A stretch of DNA of 64,000 nucleotides from Antedon mediterranea (lineage: Eukaryota > Animalia > Echinodermata): contig NC_092679.1 in the NCBI RefSeq assembly GCF_964355755.1, forward strand, positions 17,219,432 to 17,283,431, written 5' to 3'. Below the pieces are notes generated by a model, which did no database searches, was not told the DNA's origin, and saw only the letters and a program-made list of their open reading frames with translations. Numbering within the stretch: position 1 is the stretch's first letter; each line of letters starts with the position of its first letter. This document shows, piece by piece, positions 53,301-61,894 of this stretch. The position numbers and the translations under genes are program-made.

Positions 53301-56300
53301 ATCACTGTCTGATGACGATTCATCTTCATCATAGCCATAGCTTCCTTCTAAAGAATAAAATGATTAAACAATTTAGCTTTGACTGAATCAGTTTGTTTAT
53401 TAAGTGTAGGTTTCAGTTCTTTGATCCAAAGCATTTCCTTAATTAAACAATCAAATTTGAAACTTTTAATCATTTCAGGATATTGTCTATAAATCCAAAT
53501 TTGATTTGACTTAATAAACAAACAGAATAAAATGATTAAAGAATGAAATGAAGAATAAAATGATTGAAGAATTAAATGATTAAAGGACTAAATGATTGAA
53601 AAATATGAAATGAAGAATAAAATGACATGATACACTGTAAATGTCCGGGGTTCAAATCTTGATAATCTTTACAGTGCCAAAAAACACTGCTACTGATATT
53701 TATTCTACTTCAGTTATTGCTGCAGTAATAAACGTAATACAGCAATAATAATGTTAGTTTACTGCAATAACTGCAGTAGTATAATTTTCACGAAATCCCA
53801 AGCTTTTTAATGAGAATTATATTCGATTTATGTGTTTAGTATTTTATTCTACAAACAAGTGGAGTAAACTTGATGTGAGATATGTGCTAAAATTCAAAAT
53901 AAAGTTACTATAATTATCATACCCAAGCCTTGTTTTTGTTTTTTCTCTTTCTCCTTTTTCCCTTCCTCCATGCATGGACATCCTCCGCAATTGGCAAAAC
54001 ATAGTGACTTACTTAGGTACAAGAAGAACAAGATGACCATGAATAGAAGGACGACCACTACAGTGAGGAACACGATAGCCTGGTCAGGAACTGAAAATAA
54101 ATTATTATTATTATTATTTTAATAAAAATAGGAATTTTCTTTATTGAGGTTTTATTTATGCACTGCAGTAATCTGAAAGGCTATTTGGGTCATTCCATGT
54201 CAGATCACCCAATGGTAAACACCCTACTGACTCGGATTTTAATGAAAATTGGTACAGGTGGTTATTAGCCTAAAAAAAGCTTAAATATAAAATTTTACGT
54301 AATTCAGAAAAACAGATTAAAAGTTACGGGCTGGACAAATTGTGGAAAAAACGCAAAAAACCGTAAAAATGGGTGCGGCCGCCAATTTTCAAAAGGCCAT
54401 AAAACAAGAACTACAAGTCCAATTAAAAAAAAATAAACAGTATGGGAAAGGAAATGCCCCAAATATTCCAAATTTGTTATCAGAATTGTAGTAGAATGTC
54501 TTAAAATATATTTGACCTTTTGATATATAAAATGACCCCCGGTTTGACCTTGTGGAACGTATATTTTTTTAATGTCATTACTTTTTTTTTAAACTATAAA
54601 GTGGTATTTATAACATATGTAAAATGCTAAGATGTCTTTTACCTCATTTAGAAGATATAGTTATATCATGTTGTCTGGGTTTGTGTTTTGTATCAATCTA
54701 TGTGTTAATTGATATACCAGGAGGATATTGATGAAGTAGAATACTGTACAACAAGCAATGGGTAACAACAGACCGCACAACATTAATAATGGTGAAAAAG
54801 TATTGAAGAATGCGGTGATGAGCTACTGTAGCTGACCAAATGAAGCTAACAAGGCACCAGTTACTGTTGCTGAAGCTCAGGGGTCATTTATCCTTTGCAG
54901 GAGATGATTTTGCTGAAAATTACGCTTTTGTCATCCAAGATGAAATAAAAAGCTTTCACTGGAAAAACAAACAGGCAACACTGCATCCATTTGTAGCATA
55001 CAGATGTGAGATGGATGGAAATTTATCTAATTGCAATACACTCAACAACAGTGTGGACTTTCCAAAAAGTTGTTTTAAATCATTTGAAGGGTAAATTTTA
55101 CGAAATAAAGAAGGTTCACTACTTTACCGATGGATGCGCAGGTCAATATAAAAATAAGTCCAATTTTATCAATCTATGCAATCACAAACATGATTTTGAT
55201 TTAAATGCCGAGTGGAACTTTTTCGCCACATCACATGGGAAAAGTGAATGCGATGGAATTGGGGGGACATTACAACGACTGGTAACCAAAAAGAGTCTAA
55301 AACGTCCATATCATAATCAACTACTAACATCAATAGACATGTTTAATTTCTGTGTTGAAAACATTCCTGGTATCATTTTTTTTCATTTATGGGAAATGAC
55401 TGTTTTACCTTTCTATTTACTTATATTGTTCTATGTAAAAGGGTCCTACAAAAAAACAAAGCTACAGCTTTTTTATGCAGGATCCCTGTTATCAGTTGTA
55501 TTGCAATTATGTTGTAATTGATGACTAAATAAATGTGGAATAAATTGAAATTTCATCCGAAGAAATTAAAGAATCTGTAGCCCGACTGAAATCTCGATTT
55601 TCTGAAGCCAAAACCATCAAAGGCACCCTTCAACTGCACAGATTTGTACCGCAACAAGATGGTTCTCTTATGGTATACAAGTGCACAAAAAGATGAACCA
55701 AGGAAAGTAAACGTAACAAGCTGCCCATCAACATCTACTACATTTGCACGAGAAGTTCCACAATATGCAATTTCTCAAAATCATTTTGTGGCGTGTTTGT
55801 ATGATGGTGTGTGGTGGATTGGGATGGTGCTGGATGTCATTTCAGCTGAATTTGGTGACTAAACAGTACTTTAAATCATTTATGCATCATCCTGGTCCTT
55901 CAAAAAATGTCCATTGGCCAGATAAAGCTGATGGATTGAAGAATCAAGTGACCTATGTCTTATTGATGCACCATCACTAACATCATCATCAAGTAGGAAT
56001 TTACAGTATATCAAAACAAGAAGAAGATGCAATATTGACTACTTTCAACAGGAATGATATCTTTCAATAAAACATTTATAGAGGCAATGTAAAATATAAC
56101 TGATTAAACATGTTAAACGCTGTTTTTCACATAGAATTTGTTTGATGTGCAATTTTGAAAGCCTATAAAATAGAACTGGTACAAAAGACATCTTAGCTTT
56201 ATCTAACATTTTACAGGCAAGAAGTGTGAAAATATAAAAATTAATATTTAAACATTATAATTTTTGTTCCACAAGGTCATGGCAAAGGTCAAATTATAGG

Positions 56301-59300
56301 TCAATAGAACATTTTAAGGGAAATTTATAAGAGTTAATTCTGATTGCAGATTTGGAATCCTCCTTAAATGGCCATTAATTTGTTACTTGTTTCATTAAAA
56401 TCGGACTAGTAGTTTTGAAAATATTCACGTTTTAAAATCGACAGTCTCGCGATATTTTGCTCTTTTTAACGATTTTCGGCCATTTTAAATTGCCCGTAAC
56501 TTTTTAACGGTTTGTCAGATTTGAATAAAATTTGAAATTTTGGAATTTTTCATAGTGATTACCATATATTTCAAATTTGATCAAAATCTGAGATGGTGAG
56601 GTGTAAATTTTGGTTTTTTTTGGGTGATTTGACATGGAATGACCCATTTATAAGAATTTACCCTTTGATTGTAACATGTAGGTGGGAGAGGGAGGGAGAG
56701 AGATGGGGAAGGGAGGGAGAGAGGTGGGGGAAAGGAGAGAGGTGAGGAAGGGAGGGAGGGAGGGAGAGAGAGGTGGGGAAGGGAGGGAGAGAGGTAGGGA
56801 ATGAAGAAAGAAAGGAGAAGAGGGAAAGAGGAGAAGGAAGAGAGGAGGAGGAGGAAGAGAGCAAGAGGAGGGAGAGGAGGAGGAGGAAGAGAGGTGGGGA
56901 AAGGGAGGAAGAGAGGTGGGAAAGGGAAGGAGAGAGGTGGGGAATTGAGGAAGAAAGGAGAGGAGGGAAAGAGGAGGAGAAGGAAGAGAGGAGGAGGAGG
57001 AGGAGGAGGAGGAAGAGAGGATGAGGAGGAAGGAAGGAGGGGAGGGTGAGATGAGGGATAAAAGTGGGGAGGTAGTAATAACCTCATTGACATGAATTTG
57101 ATAATTAAAATTAGATTTACTGTAATTCCCCTACAATGACTGGTTATAAATTCTACTACAGTACATGTTTTTAGGGTACAGTATAACATGCATTATGAAA
57201 TGGGGAAGAACTTCTCTGATTGGTAGGCCTTCTCTATCAGAAAATATATAACATACCGATATAATTTGAAAGGGGAAAAGGGATTTGATATTATAGAAAA
57301 TAAAATGGACCAAATAGGTAAAGACATTGAACAACAAAACAGTCCTAACTACATACCACCAACATTAACTAGGTACAGGCTAGCTTACATTATAAAAGAA
57401 ATATTGAATATCATTATCAAATGACTAAGTTGTACATTACAGCACATTAATAATAGACGTGTTCTATAGTATTAGGAAATGACTGAACTAAACAATCTTA
57501 AATTTGGTCAAACAACAATCACAACATTTATTTATTTAGTTCACTTAAAATGATGCAGAATCTCTGTAGAACAAGAACAAAAAACACCCAATAAAAAAAT
57601 TACACTGGATAACAACACTGAAAATTACTGTACATGTACAGTAGTAAAATATCAAGAAAATCCATTCTAAAATACTTACGTGAAAAATCTATATTTTTGA
57701 ATGCGGAGAGGAAAAAACAAATTTTTATATTCTTTCTTTCAGTACAATTCAGGAGTACACGTTTGAATATTAGACAAATTGAAAAAGGGCTGATCTGTTA
57801 CTAAATTTAAGCAGAGCAGAAATTGAATATTTTTATACTGTACTGTCATAATTACTAATACAGTATACTTTATTCATCATTCAACACTGCAAAAAGCCTG
57901 GCAATTTTACTAATGTTGATAATTACTTTGATTTAACATCTGATGTACAAAGTGTAGCATTAAATAGTTTTTTTACAATCAAACAGATGGCAAAAATAAA
58001 TTGGTTTCAGTATTGTATGCATGTTTATTTCTAAAATTTAAAGTAAAAATAAGGCCTTTTTTAAAAATAAAATTGTAGGTGTGCTACAAATTGCACTCCT
58101 CAATACATTCAGGGATGCTGTAGGTGTGCAGTTTGTATTTTGGTGTGTAGAAGTTTACCAAATTTAAGTTTGTTGAAAATCGCACTCCTCAAGGGCAGTT
58201 TAGGAGTGTGTTAGGTGAGTGATTGCACTCGCTCACCTTAAAAGAAAAGGCCTGATAAATAATTAAATTTACTATTTACTATTAATTTATGGATTTGTTA
58301 TGAATGGTGATACAGTAGTAAAGTAGTTTTAGACTTAAATTATAACCAACAATCTTGAACTAAAGTAACCAAGCAAATACTTTATACTAAAAAATATCCA
58401 AAAAAATAATTTGTTTGATACAAAAACAGTGAAAACATCCTACCTTTTCGATACATTTGACTAGCATATGTTTGCTGTAGTGTAATCTTACTAACGATAC
58501 ACAGGACATTTTTATTATTAGACACCAGTGATGCATATTATCTAGATGGACTTATACTTTTACTCTCATTACTGGCCCATCATATTATAAGTAGTAGTAA
58601 TAAATATGCAATTATTGCTACGGATACTTGTACTATGCTTGTACACAGTTTAAAGGGGGATTCTGGGTTTAAAATTGCTTTTAAATATCGTTTATTTATT
58701 AAATAAAAAATATTATAACAATATAGACATGTCAGAATGAAGAAGTAATAACGAGAAATTAAAAAAATTAAATTTCATATACATTTTAGGGTAAATTCAT
58801 GGAAAGTCTGTTTTTCAGCAGCTTAGGGAAGCTCATTAATATTCATGAGATATTCACAAAATCACGTCACCAGTGGATTCCAAACTCGCGACGTCATGTA
58901 CGTTGTGTTTGTCAACTAATTTACATCTCTCTCCCCTGTCAAACGACGACCACCCGATCATTGTGAAATACATTTTTTGTAGATTTTCTAAGCTAGGCCT
59001 AAAGTGTAATAATAACAGTAGTAGCATATATTTATTTGACATTTAATGAAATACAAAATTTAGTACAGATACGGAGTCATAAATTATACTATTTTTATAC
59101 CTCTATAGTACAGATCGTATTATCGGCTTCACGTACAATACTACTCTAGGCCTAGCCTAATAATAATATGGGCGAGAGCCATTCTGACTAGGGATTCCAT
59201 GCCACGATGGCTAGGTTAAAACAATGGGGCCCATGGGCCTAGCTAGCCTACTACTAAACGATTGGCCCATAAATAACAAAACCCATCCTATCAACCAAAC

Positions 59301-61241
59301 TCCTAAACAATCTAAACCTAAAACGTTCTACAAAATCGGCTGTAAATATTGAAGCAAAACAAGGTCCGATCGCCGTCCACACGACGTATGGTGTCCCGAT
59401 CGTCTAAGTAGGCCTAAAATAAAATAGGCTTAGTTTACTCTCCAAAAAAGCGGATACTCATGCATCAAGCAAGTAGACCAGGTAGTAGGAAGGAGACCTA
59501 GCCGATCCGGCCCAGTTAAAAATTGAGCTAGCTAGTGTAGTAGACCCTATGCGAATTGATACTACCAGGCCTTTTACTATAGGCTGCACTACACAAATAT
59601 TCCAACTCTCTCATTCGAGCTATATTATCTATACCATTCCGGTAGGTCAAGTCGACCTTCAATCAAATACTGTACATCGTTCATGTTGTGATTATAGACG
59701 GGGTATACTCGACCCGACCAGTTTGGTATTGTATACTGTATCTGCTTATCACGTGACGATGCCAGGCATGGGCAGCAGAGAGAGCACGTGTATCGTCGTC
59801 TCCTCGATCCTCAGCAGGAATGTACAGTATACGTTACGCTTCATTGATTTTGATTTTTCCCTAAGTCGGTGCGAAAATCGGCAAACGTAAAGTGCAAACA
59901 TATCTAATTTTTCACTGTTTTGATGAATTTTCATAAAAAATTGACTTTATAAATGGGAAGACCGACTAAAATTACATCAGATAAGTATAATTTTCCAAAA
60001 GTAATTGATATGGTTTATGATAACGAGTCGTCGGAAGATGGACCATTTCACGAATTTCCTATTTTGTAACCACAGTGTGATTTTGCCGTAGCTGCACTTG
60101 TAATCTGGCCTGATTTCACAGCCTTCGTTCTGCTTCACTGGGCGCTTATATAAATTGAAACTTTTACCGTTCAAGAGACAAACAAATATATTTTACATTT
60201 TTTACTATTCATTTTAAACCCGGAACCCCCCTTTAAACAAAAGAAATTTATAGGCTGTAAAGTTAAAATTTAATTGTAAAATCAAATGTTTAGCTGTGTT
60301 TATTCATTGAAATTAACTAAAAAAATGTATTTTGTGAATGAAGTTCCAATCATACAGCTACAAGAAATTTCTCTAATGGTTTACAAAAACTCAGAAGAAT
60401 CTGGGAAACTGCCCTTTTCTGTCTATGGTATTCTAATAATACTAGAACGTAACGCAAGGACGTAAACGCAACGCAAGCATTTTAACCAATGACAAGCGAA
60501 GTTATAGTTAGAAATCACAAGCGAATAAGCCATCGCTTGTGATTGGTCAATTCACTTGCATCGCTATTGTACAACACTGGGGTTGAAAGTAATTTCAATT
60601 ATTATTAAATATTACATTCAAAAATTCAGAGTCTAGATTTGTTTTGAAAATTAATCGAAAAAGTGCCCTGATCTTTACGAAAATATAATTGTCACAGTAT
60701 AAAAAAAAATTATAGAAAATTTGAAAGAACTAGAAAAAAAATCGTAAAGCATTTAGTTTTCTGAAAAGTATAATTAATATTCTATTTTTCAGCAACTAAA
60801 GAAACAAAATAAATGTATAAAAAAACAGGTCAAAAAATACTTTTTATCACTATATGCTGATTAACAACACCTTTGTTTATTTAAGTTCTATATACTTGTT
60901 CTTATGTAAAAGGGTCCTACAAAAAAACGAAGCTACAGCTTTTTTATGCAGGATCCCTGTTTTCAGTTGTACTGTAATTATGATGTACTGTAATTGATGA
61001 CTAAATAAATGTGGAATAAATAAATAAATGCTGAAGGCGCTGAAGGCACTGTAGGCCTATAACTCCCTGCCTATACTATCAATGACCACAAAGGAACCAA
61101 TTTAGTGCATGTTATCCTAGCAGAGGTACGGTTGCACTACCATATGGTTGGCACTCCTTCACATAATCCTATTTAATATTTAAAAACTAATATTAAATAA
61201 TATCTATAGTACTCACAATCACTATTTTCTATGGTTACCAT
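23011..61241 (-). CDS. SYT14: Synaptotagmin-14/16 family gene, transmembrane isoform (exons 61241..61217, [57688..57680], 54090..53923, 53347..53183, 34375..34254, 25804..25391, 24276..24081, 23324..23011; about 467-470 aa)
   Basis: All junctions are GT/AG and phase-compatible (1,1,1,1,0,0,1). TM exon PDQAIVFLTVVVVLLFMVILFFLYLSKSLCFANCGG and the next exon SSSDSDDEMLLKYQQSLS resemble the vertebrate SYT14 N-terminus. C2B [30 protein letters not shown]...RRGQPNPTFKETFIFQVAQFQL...QVCRWHALLE is characteristic of SYT14/16. The two most 5' exons are less certain. Confidence 0.88.
23818..24033 (+). mobile_element. tRNA-derived SINE
   Basis: A-box-like TAGCGTGGTGG and B-box-like GGTTCAATCC in a tRNA-like head (GCCTTCCAA loop). 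No complete acceptor stem; A-rich tail. Confidence 0.6.
24081..24276 (-). CDS. SYT14: SYT14-like exon (linker and start of C2B)
   Basis: CAG acceptor and G|GTAAAT donor; SGSSSPYSS...[16 protein letters not shown]...GRAP. Confidence 0.92.
24483..25262. repeat. 43-bp tandem minisatellite, about 18 copies
   Basis: Unit CACATATGCGCAGATATGACTGAGCTACCTCGAATAGCTTGTT, head-to-tail with no spacers. Confidence 0.95.
25391..25804 (-). CDS. SYT14: SYT14-like C2A exon
   Basis: CAG acceptor and GTAAGT donor, phase 0-0; VGKLEVAFSY...VPSKDRGG...KRQRAKTRIREGENPEFKELFRF...MRFRLFG. Confidence 0.92.
26071..26335 (+). repeat. 5' LTR
   Basis: TGTTAAAG...TTATTACA, preceded by GTCCT. Confidence 0.95.
26580..32663 (+). 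CDS. BEL/Pao Gag-Pol polyprotein (2027 aa from the first ATG)
   Basis: Domain order Gag (FDGNPLKYPMW), three Cys/His knuckles, protease (ILDPQSN), RT (YVPHHGV, YVDD), RNase H (HFFSDAS, TIPRLEL), integrase (HHCC; GVDLFGP, SDRGTN, GIWER). No stop codons. Confidence 0.95.
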   Translation: MEDDSKFGLGGYNLRKVPAQTEKGNQYRKELAQENRYSSRNSSRSFGTSAASKSTRSMRTRSSARSSRFDIKEKLLNLEEQKVSVKVELEFAEEEMRLKHLHLDNETKLMKLQQEKELAKVDAVLSKVKQLDSKSVTSFMEYLDELPTQSTDDIQQYVDNIPEKNVERNSVDATFATQHYNTYKRPTTVSSFGQYAPIPGVVTSSIASTSYMTVPTISLPIITAPEAMTIPVPTCVFAQIPVPTMTKNTNSMPVRATSSLLLPSTFVPVRVTSTISFTPSQHITVPSSFTPYSLVTSLPPQRVESQFLIPVSSQNMNFQIAPSLATTLPPQRVACQATTPVSSQNFPISSPFVQPSLFNQPQFNQPQFNQPQAPVMKELIDSLRLPTVRVERFDGNPLKYPMWECAFTSLIESKAVSVNEKLNLLSQHLSGEPLAMISNYMLLQSEEGYYRARSELKNRYGNNAVISKAFLYKLESWPKIQPRDAPGLRVFSDFLNEIVVAKQKIPDLGVLDYPQENLKLIKKVPYFIENKWRNIVQSYANVDSFPSFEIFTGFVRARADEANIPMFIQQPTVPRIDEPEKKHQRRQTSQSFATKVNMLCTYCTKDHHIDDCEGFNKLTRRDRKQYLCEHKLCYGCGMTNEHLAYQCSNAITCKHCKNKHLSSLHIFKQNDKRTVNTSLCTSVTSKSSNTSMIVPVWFRSSRCPQNEILIYCILDPQSNTCFISDSIAEKLKLEGNKTNLLLSTMHSKSSVSCRKFSHMEVVSFDRKTVIPIPTVFSRDQIPATRSQIPTPAVASKWTHLNRISSVIVPYMQNVPIAMLIGNNVPNAIRPRDIIAGGEDEPYGQLSALGWGVVGTMCQRVPEVSVSNHMVASEKDSIVSPKNRLVNQTNAKEMILIMYELDFNDDKPGQSAMSADDRKFMDIMESNVVQRTDDHYEMPLPFKIREGMPNNRNMALKRLKQLKHKLNHNSTFKNDYMNFMVDVLENCSEKVPVNELDMRNGEINYVPHHGVYHPKKKKLRVVFDCSAEYAGTSLNKRLLQGPDMINNLFGVLTRFRKEPIAIQADVKGMFHQFFVSEPDRNFLRFLWWKDGSEEIVEHRMTVHLFGAVSSPAVANFGLRKAADDGESQYGKPVADFIRNDFYVDDGLKSLPSEADAIQLIDSSTKMCAKAGLTLHKWVTNNRQVLNSIPTDLRATDWKEISLHDQLPIERALGVVWCVETDTFEFRMEFKDNPVTRRGILSTLSAVYDPFGFLAPVLIVGKLILRELCMSQLDWDDPLSDEMYHKWAKWRNDIISGIENIKVKRCFKPVDFGSVSKAEMHFFSDASEFAYAQSSYIRLINTLGQVSVSFLLGKSRIVPKTKTTTIPRLELVAAALSARMSGLITRELAYDATHYYWCDSKVVLGYIRNEARKFKVFVSNRIQQIHDHSSTNDWHYVPSASNPSDSGTRGVSIVQLTNSTWLNGPPFLHTNEPLPTAESCVETADVDISDEMRKTTCVFSTCISLDLFQKWFINLCNNFSSWTRLRRVIARCLMWKKRLMDAAKVNIKEGSMFKSISSDCTIPCVDDIQVSEKLILKHVQDQHFYDEKVLLSKLLNTNSLEDRKSDVQLKRSSFLYGLDPFLDENQLIRVGGRVKRSKFAFDVKHPLILPKRCHLTNLIISHFHEQMNHAGKVSTLNEVRQRGYWIIHGLSTVGELVHRCVICRKLRGKLSNQKMADLPIERISDAAPFTYSGVDLFGPFNIKERRSLVKRYGVLFVCLSSKAIHLESANTLETNSFINALRRFVSVRGPVRQLHSDRGTNLVGTRNEWQNVNEDEVKKYLVGQGCDIHFKFNFPSASHMGGIWERQIRTVRNALAPLLNIHGSQLGDECFRTLLSEVMNIVNSRPLTVNNLNDPNSMEPLTPNHILTLKHKVVVPPPGIFQNADMYCRRRWRRVQHLSNEFWCRWRKEYLSSMQSRSKWTSPKSNFKVGDVVLLKGDNVPRNIWELAKVIALHPSDDGLVRKVSVFVGRRQSVLERPVHKLVQLVPVD
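32931..33195 (+). repeat. 3' LTR
   Basis: Copy of the 5' LTR, preceded by the short purine tract AAGGGAG and followed by GTCCT. Confidence 0.95.
34254..34375 (-). CDS. SYT14: SYT14-like first constant exon (phase-1 acceptor shared by all predicted N-termini)
   Basis: TTTTTCGCAG acceptor and GAG|GTAAAT donor; xHTEDLGDVEQGTVGSGSFGSSAGLFDQDDENDTIGLEGGE, in frame with the C2A exon. Confidence 0.8.
34909..35041. mobile_element. Harbinger-derived MITE (family H1)
   Basis: TAA|AGCTCGGTCTACACTATCAAA...TTTGATAGTGTAGACAAGGCT. Confidence 0.85.
37210..37522 (-). CDS. Candidate alternative first coding exon A (MGCLSCC..., 313 nt, phase 1)
   Basis: ATG, open frame, AG|GTAAAA donor. Homologous to, and the same length as, exon 1 of paralog 2. 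Confidence 0.8.
40056..40470 (-). CDS. Candidate alternative first coding exon B (MINWILRCCG..., 415 nt, phase 1; internal 57-aa duplication)
   Basis: AAAATG start, open frame, T|GTAAGT donor. An upstream in-frame ATG at 40596 is also possible. Confidence 0.68.
41725..41880 (-). mobile_element. CR1-like LINE ORF2 C-terminal fragment
   Basis: ARGHSFKLSK...NNFGARVVNDWNALPRVVVESKSLN matches the TRGH..KL...FFS.RVV..WN.LP..VV tail motif of CR1-clade ORF2. Confidence 0.75.
42476..42713 (-). CDS. Candidate alternative first coding exon C (MEWLFHFCCKC..., 238 nt, phase 1)
   Basis: ATG, open frame, TG|GTATGT donor. Confidence 0.68.
44090..44268. mobile_element. MITE family H2, complete copy
   Basis: TAA|AGCGTGGTTCCCACTAG...CTAGTGGGAACCAAGCT|TTA. 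Confidence 0.9.
44621..44849 (-). CDS. Candidate alternative first coding exon D (MVCYVLKCCC..., 229 nt, phase 1)
   Basis: GCAATGG start, open frame, TG|GTAAGT donor. Confidence 0.68.
46076..46592 (-). CDS. Candidate alternative first coding exon E (MPLDDLFSTVGG..., 517 nt, phase 1; amphipathic 11-mer N-terminus, no Cys)
   Basis: 172-codon open frame with protein-like composition, CAG|GTAAAA donor, in-frame stop just upstream of the ATG. Confidence 0.72.
47479..47790. repeat. 43-bp tandem minisatellite, about 7 copies
   Basis: Unit CTGGAACAAGTTACAAAATGAAGCGTTAAAACACCAAACAGTA. Confidence 0.95.
47800..48060 (-). mobile_element. Possible decayed LINE reverse-transcriptase fragment
   Basis: Minus strand GAAACATGTACGCTTATTAGGAGT gives KHVRLLGV, like the K.LGV motif of non-LTR RTs; frame broken. 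Confidence 0.3.
50325..50442. repeat. 21-bp tandem repeat TAACTGTACATAACTGTAATA, about 5-6 copies
   Basis: Direct reading. Confidence 0.9.
51930..52190 (+). mobile_element. L2/CR1-like LINE 3' end fragment
   Basis: TTTAAGCCTGCTCTGAAAACTCACCCTTTT (FK..LKTH.F motif), then hairpin GCGCAATGC...GCATTGTGCGC, TATATAAG and a (TTA)n tail. Confidence 0.55.
52702..52877. mobile_element. MITE family H2, complete copy
   Basis: TAA|AGCGTGGTTCCCACTAG...CTAGTGGGAACCAAGCT|TTA; near-identical to 44090..44268. Confidence 0.9.
53183..53347 (-). CDS. SYT14: SYT14-like juxtamembrane exon (165 nt, phase 1-1; too short for the ORF track)
   Basis: TTCTTTAG acceptor and A|GTAAGT donor; (E)GSYGYDEDESSSDSDDEMLLKYQQSLSFGRLSRQPS. 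Confidence 0.85.
53923..54090 (-). CDS. SYT14: SYT14-like transmembrane exon (168 nt, phase 1-1; too short for the ORF track)
   Basis: TTTTCAG acceptor and G|GTATGA donor; PDQAIVFLTVVVVLLFMVILFFLYLSKSLCFANCGGCPCMEEGKKEKEKKQKQGL. Confidence 0.88.
54760..55980 (+). pseudogene. Frameshifted DDD-type transposase remnant
   Basis: Motifs DFAENY...QDEIKSFHW...ATLHP, YFTDGCAGQYKNK and WNFFATSHGKSECDGIGG are spread over different frames and interrupted by an insertion at about 55411..55544. Confidence 0.8.
55411..55544 (+). repeat. Retroposon-like 3' tail fragment, copy 1 (inside the transposase remnant)
   Basis: TATGTAAAAGGGTCCTACAAAAAAAC.AAGCTACAGCTTTTTTATGCAGGATCCCTGTT...AAATGTGGAATAAA, repeated at about 60886..61028. 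Confidence 0.7.
56680..57072. repeat. Polypurine (GGA/GAG) low-complexity tract
   Basis: About 390 nt almost entirely G and A. Confidence 0.9.
57680..57688 (-). CDS. Candidate 9-nt microexon of the TM isoform
   Basis: Pyrimidine tract, then TATAG|ATTTTTCAC|GTAAGTA; frame-preserving, phase 1-1. Confidence 0.45.
58654..60232. mobile_element. Non-autonomous Kolobok-like DNA transposon
   Basis: TTAA|AGGGGGATTCTGGGTTTAAAAT ... ATTTTAAACCCGGAACCCCCCT|TTAA. A TTAA TSD with 5'-AG termini fits Kolobok rather than piggyBac (5'-CC). No intact ORF. Confidence 0.75.
60441..60562. mobile_element. MITE family H2, truncated copy in the opposite orientation
   Basis: ACTAGAACGTAACGCAAGGACGTAAACGCAACGCAAGC...GTGATTGGTCAATTCACTTGC. 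Confidence 0.8.
60886..61028 (+). repeat. Retroposon-like 3' tail fragment, copy 2, ending in (AATA)n
   Basis: Matches about 55411..55544. Confidence 0.7.
61217..61241 (-). CDS. SYT14: Candidate start-codon exon of the TM isoform (MVTIENSD, phase 1)
   Basis: ATTATGG start context and T|GTGAGT donor, phase-compatible with the TM exon. Confidence 0.55.
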
Positions 61242-61894
61242 AATTCCTCAAAGGTGAAGAAAAATCCCTATGAAGGTATTTCATATGAGTACCATGTAAT
61301 AATATTGAATACCACCATTAGTTTTTGGTGGTTCAATAAACATAAAACTGTGTTATTATTTTGTTCATTCTTTTGAATTCAACAAGTGGAAGGCAAACAT
61401 AGGAATCTTCCATTTTATAATAGGTGTTCATAAAGAAATTTTAAATGGGATAAAGCAGTAATACTGTAGAAAGTAGTTTTTCTGTATTTCAAAAGTCTTG
61501 TTCATCGCCCTGTTTTTATGTTCCATGCAATGCCCAGTGTAAGCAAGCTGAATGCGACCTAGGATTCTATGTACAGTTGAATGTACAATGCAAGCATAGA
61601 TAAGACTAAGAGGCGAGTATGGTTTAATATATGTGAGTAAAAAATGTAGACAAAATGGGCAGATGGATGGTGAGTTGGTTATTGGCACTTGAGAGGTTGA
61701 GTGATGGCTGGCATGTGGATAGATGGGCATCTTTTATCTATTTATTTTTATTTTAACCATATTTAATGAGGGTGATCCATCCAGCATTTGCTGATCATTT
61801 GGGACCCTCATTGTGTATAAATGATAGATACAATAGTACCGTAAATCTTCTAATTGTAACCCTGGGTTATTATTCTTTGATTGTTTTTTAGGGC

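Larger units (their letters stand above)
54187..56645 (+). mobile_element. Decayed Sola-like (Sola2-type termini) DNA transposon
   Basis: TIR GGGTCATTCCATGTCAGATCACCCA / TGGGTGATTTGACATGGAATGACCC, 4-bp TSD ATTT, frameshifted transposase remnant. Confidence 0.8.

Noticed and set aside
56581-57189. Pro/Leu-rich and Arg/Glu/Gly-rich ORFs
   Set aside because: Artefacts of a polypurine low-complexity tract.
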